Positions 1-9,071 are shown, counted from the first letter of the whole stretch. The stretch is DNA of 56,602 bases, filler included, from an uncultured virus (IMG/VR IMGVR_UViG_2061766007_001428) (16 parts of one record of this genome joined end to end with filler, not necessarily neighbours in it), one strand, 5' to 3'. Numbers and translations: made by a program. Notes: generated from the letters alone by a model not told the origin.

Positions 1-2
1 GC

Positions 3-699
3 GATAATAAAATATTTTTAGAATATCTTGATGATAATAAAAATTTTTCAAATGATTTTGAAGTATTGGTTGCTTTGTGTAAACAGAATAAAGACTTTGT
101 ACGTTCTGATTATTTTAGAAAGCGTAAAGCAAGTATTATTGAAAACTATGTCCGTGGATTTAAGTTTGGTAAGGTAGTACAAAATGCGGATAATCTTGTT
201 TTCGTTGGAAACCCTTATGCTATGTTATTACATAGTGTAGGCGAAGATGTAGAGAACGACAAAACATTCAAACAGGAAGATAACGCTATTCAATGTTTTA
301 CTGAAAGATTTAAAGATGGTGAGTATCTTGCTTGTTTCCGAAGCCCACACAATAGTAAAAATAACATATCTCATTTACATAACGTTTATTCTGATGAATA
401 TTTTAAGTATTTTGATTTAGGCAAACAAATAATTGTGCTTAATGTATTGCATACTGATATTCAAGATAGAATGAATGGATGTGATTTTGATAGTGATGCA
501 GGATATGTTACCAATCAAAAGGATATTGTTCGTTGTGCTGAAAGAGCATATATAAAATATCCTACAATAGTAAATAATATACCAAAGGATAAAAATAAAT
601 ATAATGATTCATTGGAGAATTATGCAAGAATAGATAATACTTTGGCACACGCTCAAGGAGCAATCGGTCTTTCAAGTAACCTTGCTCAATTTGCTCAAA
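3..699 (+). CDS. yonO: YonO-like single-chain two-barrel DNA-dependent RNA polymerase (internal fragment, open at both ends)
   Basis: Frame is open from base 3. Contains RSPHN and DIQDRMNGCDFDSD (DxDxD Mg-binding loop), and sits next to HU-like and head genes as in SPbeta. Confidence 0.85.
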
Positions 700-800
700 C
701 NNNNNNNNNNNNNNNNNNNNNNNNNNNNNNNNNNNNNNNNNNNNTTAATTAATTAANNNNNNNNNNNNNNNNNNNNNNNNNNNNNNNNNNNNNNNNNNNN
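700..800. other. Artificial contig linker (N run + TTAATTAATTAA + N run); recurs about 15 times, e.g. near 3571, 5037, 15660, 19021, 31884, 48299, 54881
   Basis: The identical 12-mer with stops in all six frames is always embedded in N runs. Confidence 0.95.
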
Positions 801-801
801 T

Positions 802-1107
802 ACCTATATTGCAAATAATACAAGTTTAGAAAAGAAACAAGTAAGGGAATGTTTTAAGGCATATGGTGATATGATGGTGGGTTTAATCGAAAGCGATTAT
901 ACTCCCGAAGATTTGACCGTACTTTTACCCAAGATAGGAACTTTTTATTTCCACAAACATAAGGGTAGAAAAAATGGTAGTACATATAAGTTTTATGGTA
1001 AAGAAGTAGTTGCCAAAGATGAAAAGTCTTATTATAGACTAAAGTTTAAGACTTGTCACCAACTTAATGCCCTTATCAAAGAAAAGACAAAGCATTATGA
1101 AGAATGA
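802..1107 (+). CDS. HU/IHF-like DNA-binding protein (5' end in gap)
   Basis: IANNTSLEKKQVRECF...LPKIGTFYFHKHKGRK...LKFKTCHQLNALIK follows the HU helix / GTF / arm / F-x-x-x-x-x-L pattern. SPbeta yonN occupies a similar position. Confidence 0.65.
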   Translation, partial: TYIANNTSLEKKQVRECFKAYGDMMVGLIESDYTPEDLTVLLPKIGTFYFHKHKGRKNGSTYKFYGKEVVAKDEKSYYRLKFKTCHQLNALIKEKTKHYEE

Positions 1108-1249
1108 TATTAGTTATGATGATTTATGTAATTTAATTGCTAATGAAGTACCACGCAAAAGTGCATCACCAACTTCGGTAGGTGCATATTTACGTGCGTT
1201 ATACAAAGTAATATTAAGGCAATTAGAATTAAATCAAAGGATTAACATA
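1097..1249 (+). CDS. Second HU-like protein (N-terminal part, rest in gap)
   Basis: MKNDISYDDLCNLIANEV...VGAYLRALYKVILRQLELNQRINI resembles the N-terminal helices of HU. Start overlaps the previous stop. Confidence 0.45.
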
Positions 1250-1875
1250 NNNNNNNNNNNNNNNNNNNNNNNNNNNNNNNNNNNNNNNNNNNNNNNNNNN
1301 NNNNNNNNNNNNNNNNNNNNNNNNNNNNNNNNNNNNNNNNNNNNNNNNNNNNNNNNNNNNNNNNNNNNNNNNNNNNNNNNNNNNNNNNNNNNNNNNNNNN
1401 NNNNNNNNNNNNNNNNNNNNNNNNNNNNNNNNNNNNNNNNNNNNNNNNNNNNNNNNNNNNNNNNNNNNNNNNNNNNNNNNNNNNNNNNNNNNNNNNNNNN
1501 NNNNNNNNNNNNNNNNNNNNNNNNNNNNNNNNNNNNNNNNNNNNNNNNNNNNNNNNNNNNNNNNNNNNNNNNNNNNNNNNNNNNNNNNNNNNNNNNNNNN
1601 NNNNNNNNNNNNNNNNNNNNNNNNNNNNNNNNNNNNNNNNNNNNNNNNNNNNNNNNNNNNNNNNNNNNNNNNNNNNNNNNNNNNNNNNNNNNNNNNNNNN
1701 NNNNNNNNNNNNNNNNNNNNNNNNNNNNNNNNNNNNNNNNNNNNNNNNNNNNNNNNNNNNNNNNNNNNNNNNNNNNNNNNNNNNNNNNNNNNNNNNNNNN
1801 NNNNNNNNNNNNNNNNNNNNNNNNNNNNNNNNNNNNNNNNNNNNNNNNNNNNNNNNNNNNNNNNNNNNNNNNNAC

Positions 1876-3038
1876 GGAGAAACAGAAGAACAATTACTGT
1901 ATCGAATCGGTCAAATGAAAGACGAGTTAGGATATTCGTGGCAAGAAGTCGCAGATGTTATGAATAGTTTGTTAGACTATGATTATTCAGAATCAAAATA
2001 TAGAAAACAGTTTTGTGCTTTTAAGAAGATGTTAGAAGCCAATGACGATATATTTTCTAGTGATGATAGTTACAAACAGGAACTCGATAGTCTTAAACAC
2101 GATATAAAGTCGGAAAGACTTAAATTACAAACGCTCAATCTTGAAAGAAATAGACTTGACAGAGAAGAAGCACGACACGAACTATTTTATGAACAAATAG
2201 GTCAGTACATACAATCACGGGAAGTTGCAAAACTTGCCCCTCTATATGAACCTAGAAATAAAAACGTTAAGTATCTATTAGGTATTGCCGATATTCACGC
2301 AAACGCCAAATGGAGAACCAATACAAATGAATATTCTATGGATATTGTATCTCAAAGACTTATGAAACTTTTAGTTGAAGTGATACAATTTGTAAAAGAA
2401 AAAGGTTTGAACGAACTAAATATCGTTTTACTAGGTGATTTAATAGATGGTTGTCTTAGAATGTCTAATTTACAGACTATGGATTCTACGGTTGCTAAGT
2501 CTGTAGCAGATATTTCTGATATGCTTATTGGATTTTTAGAAACTTTAGTTGAAAGAACCCATATTCATATTAACCTGTTTGATGTGGTTTATAGTAATCA
2601 TTCGATGCCAAGATTTTTACAGAATTATGATATTCGTGAAGATTTAGGTTATACAATAAACAGATATATTAGAACAGGATTAAGAAATAATAAAAACATT
2701 GATATATATTCACCGCTTGATGGAGATATATGTTTAGACTTTAAGATATGGGATTTTGATATAATTGGTTTTCACGGTCATACTGAACGAAATCAAAGCG
2801 AAGCAATAAAGAACTTTACTATGGAACGCAGAAAGTTATATGATTATTCTGTATGTGGACACCTACATTGTAATCAAAAAACTGCGGTTTCGCTTGATGG
2901 ATTCCACGATGTNNNNNNNNNNNNNNNNNNNNNNNNNNNNNNNNNTCAATACATAAGATTTCTAAGGGTGCTTGTATGATTTGTGGCTTTGATGAAAAGT
3001 ACGGGTATGTTGAAAGTCACAAAATAATTTTAAATTAA
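1876..3038 (+). CDS. Calcineurin-like metallophosphoesterase with N-terminal coiled coil
   Basis: DIH, GDLIDG, SNH, HGH and GHLH metal-binding motifs. The frame extends upstream of 1915 into the gap, and the likely C-terminus (...ESHKIILN*) follows the gap in another frame. Confidence 0.8.
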
Positions 3039-3041
3039 CTA

Positions 3042-3070
3042 TTGACATTATGTTGTATCTGTGGTATAAT
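3042..3070 (+). promoter_or_regulatory. Consensus sigma-A promoter with extended -10
   Basis: TTGACA-17 nt-TATAAT with TG one base upstream of the -10 box. No sizeable + strand ORF follows. Confidence 0.9.
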
Positions 3071-3076
3071 ATATAT

Positions 3077-3527
3077 GTGATAGAGAAACAAAGGAATGTT
3101 TTAGTGAAGTAATGCCTCTTGCAAAGGTATGAAAACTATTAACCTCGTTTGTTTCGGAGGGGTTTGCAAGACCCCTTTAGGGCGATAAGCCCATCTAATG
3201 TCCTCTCAACTCTTTGCGGTGGTGCAAGAGTTATCCTAGGTAGAGAGGCTTTTAACCTAAAAGAAACTTGATTAAAGTTATTATGAGCGTTTCTCTCACT
3301 TGATAAAGAGTTCTTTTTACATAATAACGTATATAACGGAGAAGATAGTTTTAATATAGGTGCAATTCCTATACTCCGTATTTCTAATAATAAAATATTA
3401 CACAAGGGGGTATAAGAAGTGGTTAGATTTCTTGACGACTTTGGTATTGAAGCGACAAAGGGAGATACAATAATTATGCCCTTTGTGGTGGTCAATAATG
3501 ATAAATCAGTTTATCAAGTTCAAACAN
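3077..3527 (+). ncRNA. Putative structured non-coding RNA or RNA cluster (3' end lost at contig linker)
   Basis: Consecutive GC-richer helices after the promoter, an AGTA/GAA internal loop, a pseudoknot and a tRNA-like minihelix. Confidence 0.65.
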
Positions 3528-3627
3528 NNNNNNNNNNNNNNNNNNNNNNNNNNNNNNNNNNNNNNNNNNNTTAATTAATTAANNNNNNNNNNNNNNNNNN
3601 NNNNNNNNNNNNNNNNNNNNNNNNNNA

Positions 3628-4048
3628 GTTCATATTCAAACGGTTGATGATAAAAAAAGAGAATTAGATAATCTTGAAAGGACTTGGGGTAAACAAGATT
3701 GTGTAGAAGATTATGATTTCCTAGAAGAAACATTTGGTCGATACACAAAAGGTGTTGATTTTATAAATCCCCAACAGGAAGATTTATATAAAGACTTGTG
3801 CCGTGATAGATTATTATTGAGAAAGATAAATGATAATAGATATAGTGGTGAAGAAAGTTTAGACAAAGTTCAAAATAGAATTAGTAAGACTATGGCTATA
3901 CTTAAACTTGACCAATTTGAAGAAAATAAGCCTAAAACAATTAGTGAACAATTAATGTTTACTAAAATAGCCCAAATAGAACAAACAAAACCTGCTGATT
4001 TATATAAAGAGCCAAAGAAATATAGAGATTTTAATAAGATTAAGATGT
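3628..4048 (+). CDS. Phage protein of the SPbeta-like pre-terminase type, possible small terminase subunit (fragment)
   Basis: Open frame ...LERTWGKQDCVEDYDFLEE...IAQIEQTKPAD. Assignment rests mostly on context. Confidence 0.4.
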
Positions 4049-4059
4049 NNNNNNNNNNT

Positions 4060-4254
4060 GATGCCGAATGTATAGTTGAAAAGACTATTGATAATACCAC
4101 TTTAACATTAGTATTAGAACACGATGATACAAAAGGGCTTGAAGTTGGTGCGTATTATTATGATATTCAGATAACAAAAGCCGCAGATAATGAAGTTCAT
4201 ACTTTTATGAAAGGCATTATCAATATTACAAATGAAGTTTATGATAAAGATTGA
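4060..4254 (+). CDS. C-terminal fragment of a BppU-like small beta protein
   Basis: LEHDDTKGLEVGAYYYDIQI...VHTFMKGIINITNEV pattern. It is joined to the previous ORF only through an N gap. Confidence 0.5.
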   Translation, partial: DAECIVEKTIDNTTLTLVLEHDDTKGLEVGAYYYDIQITKAADNEVHTFMKGIINITNEVYDKD

Positions 4255-4257
4255 TTA

Positions 4258-4700
4258 TAAACACGGCTTTCCCATAGGCATCGCCCTCCTTTCTCGAAAG
4301 CGCATCGGATTGGAGATGTAAAACCCAATCAAGAGGTGATATTATTGGTTCACACCATAACAGAACCTTATAGACCTTTCGTGAATAGTCGGTGTGGGTG
4401 GCGACTTAAAATCCACCTACCACGGGCGGTAAGTGATGATAAGTAAACACCGTTCATACGGAGAGGGAAGTGCAATTCTTCCACCGTCCACTATCCCATC
4501 ACACCTAACACGTTTAGGATGTGAACCCGATTATCGTAAAGCGATTTTCGGTTTTTCTGCGTATAAAAATACGTTGCCTTGTTTACGGTACAAGGTTAAA
4601 AAACCGCACTGAAACGTAAGCGAAATAGATTAACCTTTTATCATATCATACATTCTGATATAATGTTATCGGAAAGGGGTATGTGAGTTGTAGCAATAGG
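4258..4700 (+). ncRNA. Second block of structured non-coding elements (pseudoknots, tRNA-like element, hairpins)
   Basis: About 450 nt with no sizeable ORF, higher GC than the flanks, and many helices identifiable by eye. Confidence 0.6.
4424..4490 (+). tRNA. Non-canonical tRNA-like element (CAT in a shrunken anticodon arm)
   Basis: 7-bp acceptor GGGCGGT/ACCGTCC + A, T-arm GGAAG-TGCAATT-CTTCC, weak D stem GTG/CAC. The anticodon loop is not a canonical 7 nt and there is no encoded CCA. Confidence 0.5.
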
Positions 4701-4720
4701 ATAACCGAAAGGAAAAGACT

Positions 4721-4900
4721 ATGACAGACAAAGAAGTAGGTTACATCGAGTGTCCATATTGCCATAATATCTTTCCGAGTGAAGTGGAATACAAGGAAAG
4801 TCCATCGAGGAATAAAATAGTATCAGATTTACTTGACGATATGGATAAGCGAAACAAAAAACCACATTCACGGGTTTTCGTAAGGGTTAAGTCTGACTAA
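4721..4900 (+). CDS. Small hypothetical protein (59 aa) with CPYC motif
   Basis: AAAGGAAA RBS, then MTDKEVGYIECPYCHNIF...VKSD*. Confidence 0.55.
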   Translation: MTDKEVGYIECPYCHNIFPSEVEYKESPSRNKIVSDLLDDMDKRNKKPHSRVFVRVKSD

Positions 4901-5092
4901 ATCTTATTTTTAGAGTGAATGAAACGTAAGCGAAGTAGAATATATGAATATTAAAGATTTACACCTTAATACATATAAATACCATATAAAAGNNNNNNNN
5001 NNNNNNNNNNNNNNNNNNNNNNNNNNNNNNNNNNNNTTAATTAATTAANNNNNNNNNNNNNNNNNNNNNNNNNNNNNNNNNNNNNNNNNNNN

Positions 5093-6613
5093 GATATTTT
5101 AATAACGTCATTTACACTTAATCAGAGTAATAACGTTATTGAGTCGAAAATAGACAAAGAACTTTCAAACACCAAGAGTGGAATTAGTCCTGTTCTAAGG
5201 CAACTTAGAAAAGATGGTTATATGGAAATTAAGAAAGACCAAAATACGGGTGCTAAATATGTTGAATTTGGTAATGGTTCTAAAATATTTGCAGTTACGT
5301 GTGGAGATTCAGCAAGAGGTAAGAGAAGTCAGATAGTAATTACTGATGAGTGTGTACTTATCAAGAAAAAAGATTACGAAGAAATAATTGAGCCTACATT
5401 AACACAACGTAGTTTTGTAGGAAAACCGTCTGATTATATTGAAGAGCCTAAACAGATTTTCCTAAGTTCTGCTAAAACACGTACAAATTGGATGTGGCGA
5501 CACTTAAAGAATTGTGTTGTTGAACATTATAAAAATAAAAGAATAAAATATGGATTCTTTGCAGTTGATGTTTTTACTGCGGTTGCTTCAACTATTCAAA
5601 CAAAGAATCAGTATCTACAAAGAAAGAAAACCGTTGATGATATGTCTTTCCAACAAGAATATCTAAATATTTTCTTGGGTAACACAGAAAACAGTTTATT
5701 CAAATTAGAAGATTTTGAAAGAAATCAAATATTGGAAAAACCTTTCTATCCAAGAACTTTAGATGAAATATTAGATAAAAAAGAAAATAGTTATATCTTT
5801 TCTGATAATTGGGTAAGAATAGTAGCATCGGATATAGCATTAGCAACGGGTAATGAAAACGATAATAGCGTATGGATATTTATGGCTATTAATACCGAAA
5901 CAGGTGAAAGGCGTGTTGAATATATTACTGCTCGACACGGATTAAATACTGTTGAACAAGTGTTGTTAATGAAACGGTTTTTCTATGAATACAAAGCGTC
6001 ATATTGTATTCAAGATACGAAAGGCGTTGGTCAAGGTGTTTACGACTTATTGACAGTTGAAACAGAAGATACTGAATATGGTAAAATATATCCTGCTTGG
6101 ACAGTATGTAGAGATAGAGAATTACAAATATCATCAGACAATGTTATGAATGATAAGATACAAAGGACTATTTCTACAGAAGCAGAAGAAGTTTTAATTC
6201 CATATGCAGGAACTTCTGAATTAAATAGTCAAATGCACTTACTTTTGCGTAAAGTTTTAAGGGATAATAATATTTCATTCCTTAAAGATGAAAGTGAAAT
6301 GAGAGCAATTATAGAAGATACCGACCCGACATTTATGACAAAATCTGCCGAAGAAAAAGCGTTGGTAATGTTGCCTTATTTGGAAACAAAATATCTAATT
6401 AATGAAGCAATATCACTTGAAATTAAATTTATGGAAAGTGGTAATATTAAATTGCAAGAAGCGTCAAGATTAGATGTAAAGGATAGATATATGACATTGG
6501 CTATGGCTAATTTTCTTGCAGATAAAATATATAATAAATACTCTAAGGACACCGATACCGAACTTAATATGGATGATTGGAAATGGTTAAGCGGTGATTA
6601 TAAGGGATTTTAA
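5093..6613 (+). CDS. terL: Terminase large subunit (5' end missing)
   Basis: ARGKRSQIVITDE Walker B region, LSSA coupling motif, FQQEY, nuclease DIA...ND and terminal KDRY. Confidence 0.9.
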   Translation, partial: DILITSFTLNQSNNVIESKIDKELSNTKSGISPVLRQLRKDGYMEIKKDQNTGAKYVEFGNGSKIFAVTCGDSARGKRSQIVITDECVLIKKKDYEEIIEPTLTQRSFVGKPSDYIEEPKQIFLSSAKTRTNWMWRHLKNCVVEHYKNKRIKYGFFAVDVFTAVASTIQTKNQYLQRKKTVDDMSFQQEYLNIFLGNTENSLFKLEDFERNQILEKPFYPRTLDEILDKKENSYIFSDNWVRIVASDIALATGNENDNSVWIFMAINTETGERRVEYITARHGLNTVEQVLLMKRFFYEYKASYCIQDTKGVGQGVYDLLTVETEDTEYGKIYPAWTVCRDRELQISSDNVMNDKIQRTISTEAEEVLIPYAGTSELNSQMHLLLRKVLRDNNISFLKDESEMRAIIEDTDPTFMTKSAEEKALVMLPYLETKYLINEAISLEIKFMESGNIKLQEASRLDVKDRYMTLAMANFLADKIYNKYSKDTDTELNMDDWKWLSGDYKGF

Positions 6614-6696
6614 TATATGAGGATAGGACGAAGAATCGTTTGGGTTCATTACCCAACTATCCTTTTCCGAATAATAATAGAGAAAGGAGGCAGAGC

Positions 6697-8302
6697 GTGA
6701 GCGAAGAAATCAAAATGCTATCAAGCGACCAATTAGATAGCGTACTACAATTTAGTCAAGGATTATATAATGGTTTTAATGGATATTCATTTTTTGCGAC
6801 ACCTTATTCGCAATATCAAAACCTTATAAGAATAAATAATAATCCTGCTAAACCTACATATGAGAAATTGGCTAAGGCGTTAGAATCTGCACCTTACGAT
6901 TATCAAACATTATCTTCATATTCCGAGTTTATGGAAATATGGGATGCTATTTATGCTAAAACATTAAGATATTTTGAAGGTCTTTTATCTTTTGATTTAT
7001 CTTATCAATGTACTAATGTAAAGAACGCAAATGAGTATAAATCTCAAGAATATAAAGATGATGTTAAAAGAGTAAATAAGTTTTTAGATAAATTCGATTA
7101 TAAGTCTGAATTTAGAAAAGTTGTCAAAGAAATTATGCGTAAAGAAACATCTTACGTGTGGTTTAGAGATTCACAAGAAATAAATAATCCTATTGAAATA
7201 GATGATGAAAAAGTTAAAAAAACTGAAAAGTTCGGGTTGCAAATTATGCCCGATAGATATNNNNNNNNNNNNNNNNNNNNNNNNNCGGGTCAATTACTTT
7301 ATGACTTTAATATGAATTATTTTCTAAATGCTACAGTAGATATTAATTTATTTGCTCCTATATTCAAGAAAAAGTTTAAGGAAGTTTTTGACGATTCCAA
7401 TGAAAAATACAATCCGTCTGCACAATTAGATTATAGAACAGGTGAGTTTGCTACTTGGGTACAAACTTCTCCCGTTGATGGTGCGTGGGCGTTTAAGTTT
7501 GACCTTAGCAATTTCAGACAAGTTCCACCTTTAGCGAACTTAATGAAAGGATGCTTAGACAAAGAAGATGCACAAGCACTACAAAAAGATAAGAATATGA
7601 TTTCTGCTTATCTTGTATTAGCAGGTGAAATTGCCACAATGTCTACTGAAAAGAGTGGTAACAAGGCTGACCAATTTAAGATTAGCCCTAACACAATGGG
7701 TAAATTTATGGCTTTGGTTAATCAAGGTCTTAAAGATAATGTTAAACCCGTTGCTTTACCATTAGAAGATATTAAAGGTTGGCAGTTTAACGATTCTAAT
7801 ACTAATATGGTAGAAAATCAAGAGAAGATAACTGCCGCAGATGGTGCAAGTGCGACTACTTTGATTTATACTAGCGATAAAATGTCACAGTTTGAATTAG
7901 AAAACGCTATCTATTCAGACTATTGTTTTATGAAGCCTTTATATGACCAATTTAATCAATTCTTGAATTTCTTTGTGAATAAAAAGACCAAGAAGTATAA
8001 GTTTGAGTTCTTCTTTGATGGTCTTGATAGACAATGGGATAGAGAGAAAAGGCGTGAGGCTTTAAGAAACTATGCAGACAAAGGAATAGTTTTAGATTCT
8101 ACTATGTGGGCTAGTGCTTTAGGTATGAAACCACAAGCATTTCAACGTAGTCTTGAATGTGCGCATAATTCTGATTTTGTAGAAAATCTTACAATGATGC
8201 TTAATGCTAATACTATGAAGAATGGTGGTGCATTAGGTGAAGATATAGGCGCACCCGAAAAAACAGGAACAGAAAAGTCCGACAAAACGGAAGAAGTACA
8301 AG
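6697..8302 (+). CDS. Portal protein
   Basis: GTG start after AGAAAGGAGG, about 540 aa, immediately after TerL, with a GAPEK-type C-terminal tail. Confidence 0.8.
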
Positions 8303-8326
8303 ANNNNNNNNNNNNNNNNNNNNNNT

Positions 8327-8814
8327 GTAACAGACGCAACAGTAAAATCATTACAAGCCCTTGTTCACGATGCTTTTGAAGTAAATTCAACTCTTGATAG
8401 AGTTAAAACAGTTATGACTACAACTTTAGTTTATCCTATCTTTGGTAATTTAGTGCATATGTTAGCACATAAATATTCATTAGATATGGGTGATGGGATT
8501 GGTGATTTATTAGAAGATTATAATGAACCTGTAGATTACGGTAATATTCCTACTCATACAGAAAATTATAATACAATCCAAGATGCTATTGATAAAGTAT
8601 ATAATATGGTTTTAACATATCAAAATGAATTAAATGAAGCAACTAAAATTGCTTTAGATAATATGGATATACATATTTATCAAGGGTTGTTAGACATTAT
8701 CGAAAAGCATAATATGTATGTAAAGCAAGTTATACTTTGGAAAGATATAACAGATAAATATGGAGATAAACCGAACCTTGATGTTCATAGTGCAAAATAT
8801 GATATTTTAGGATT
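8327..8814 (+). CDS. Ferritin-fold four-helix-bundle protein (ends in gaps)
   Basis: Helix/loop spacing matches ferritin (long BC loop PVDYGNIPTHTENY, then A..NMDIHIYQGL). Ferroxidase glutamates are not evident. Confidence 0.5.
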
Positions 8815-9071
8815 NNNNNNNNNNNNNNNNNNNNNNNNNNNNNNNNNNNNNNNNNNNNNNNNNNNNNNNNNNNNNNNNNNNNNNNNNNNNNNNNNNNNNN
8901 NNNNNNNNNNNNNNNNNNNNNNNNNNNNNNNNNNNNNNNNNNNNNNNNNNNNNNNNNNNNNNNNNNNNNNNNNNNNNNNNNNNNNNNNNNNNNNNNNNNN
9001 NNNNNNNNNNNNNNNNNNNNNNNNNNNNNNNNNNNNNNNNNNAGAAATTAAGTGAACAGGTGGTGAAAACA

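Noticed and set aside
3139..3495. Minus-strand 118-aa ORF
   Set aside because: It is antisense to a strong + strand promoter, has atypical composition and no clear RBS. The region is better explained as structured RNA.
3796..4254. ORF-track 152-aa protein as a novel fusion
   Set aside because: Two unrelated gene fragments are joined in frame through a 10-N gap.
4600..4632. CTGAAAC...GAAA / GCGAA as a hammerhead or HDV-like (theta) ribozyme core
   Set aside because: The CUGANGA core is broken, and I could not build the required stems or the nested double pseudoknot.
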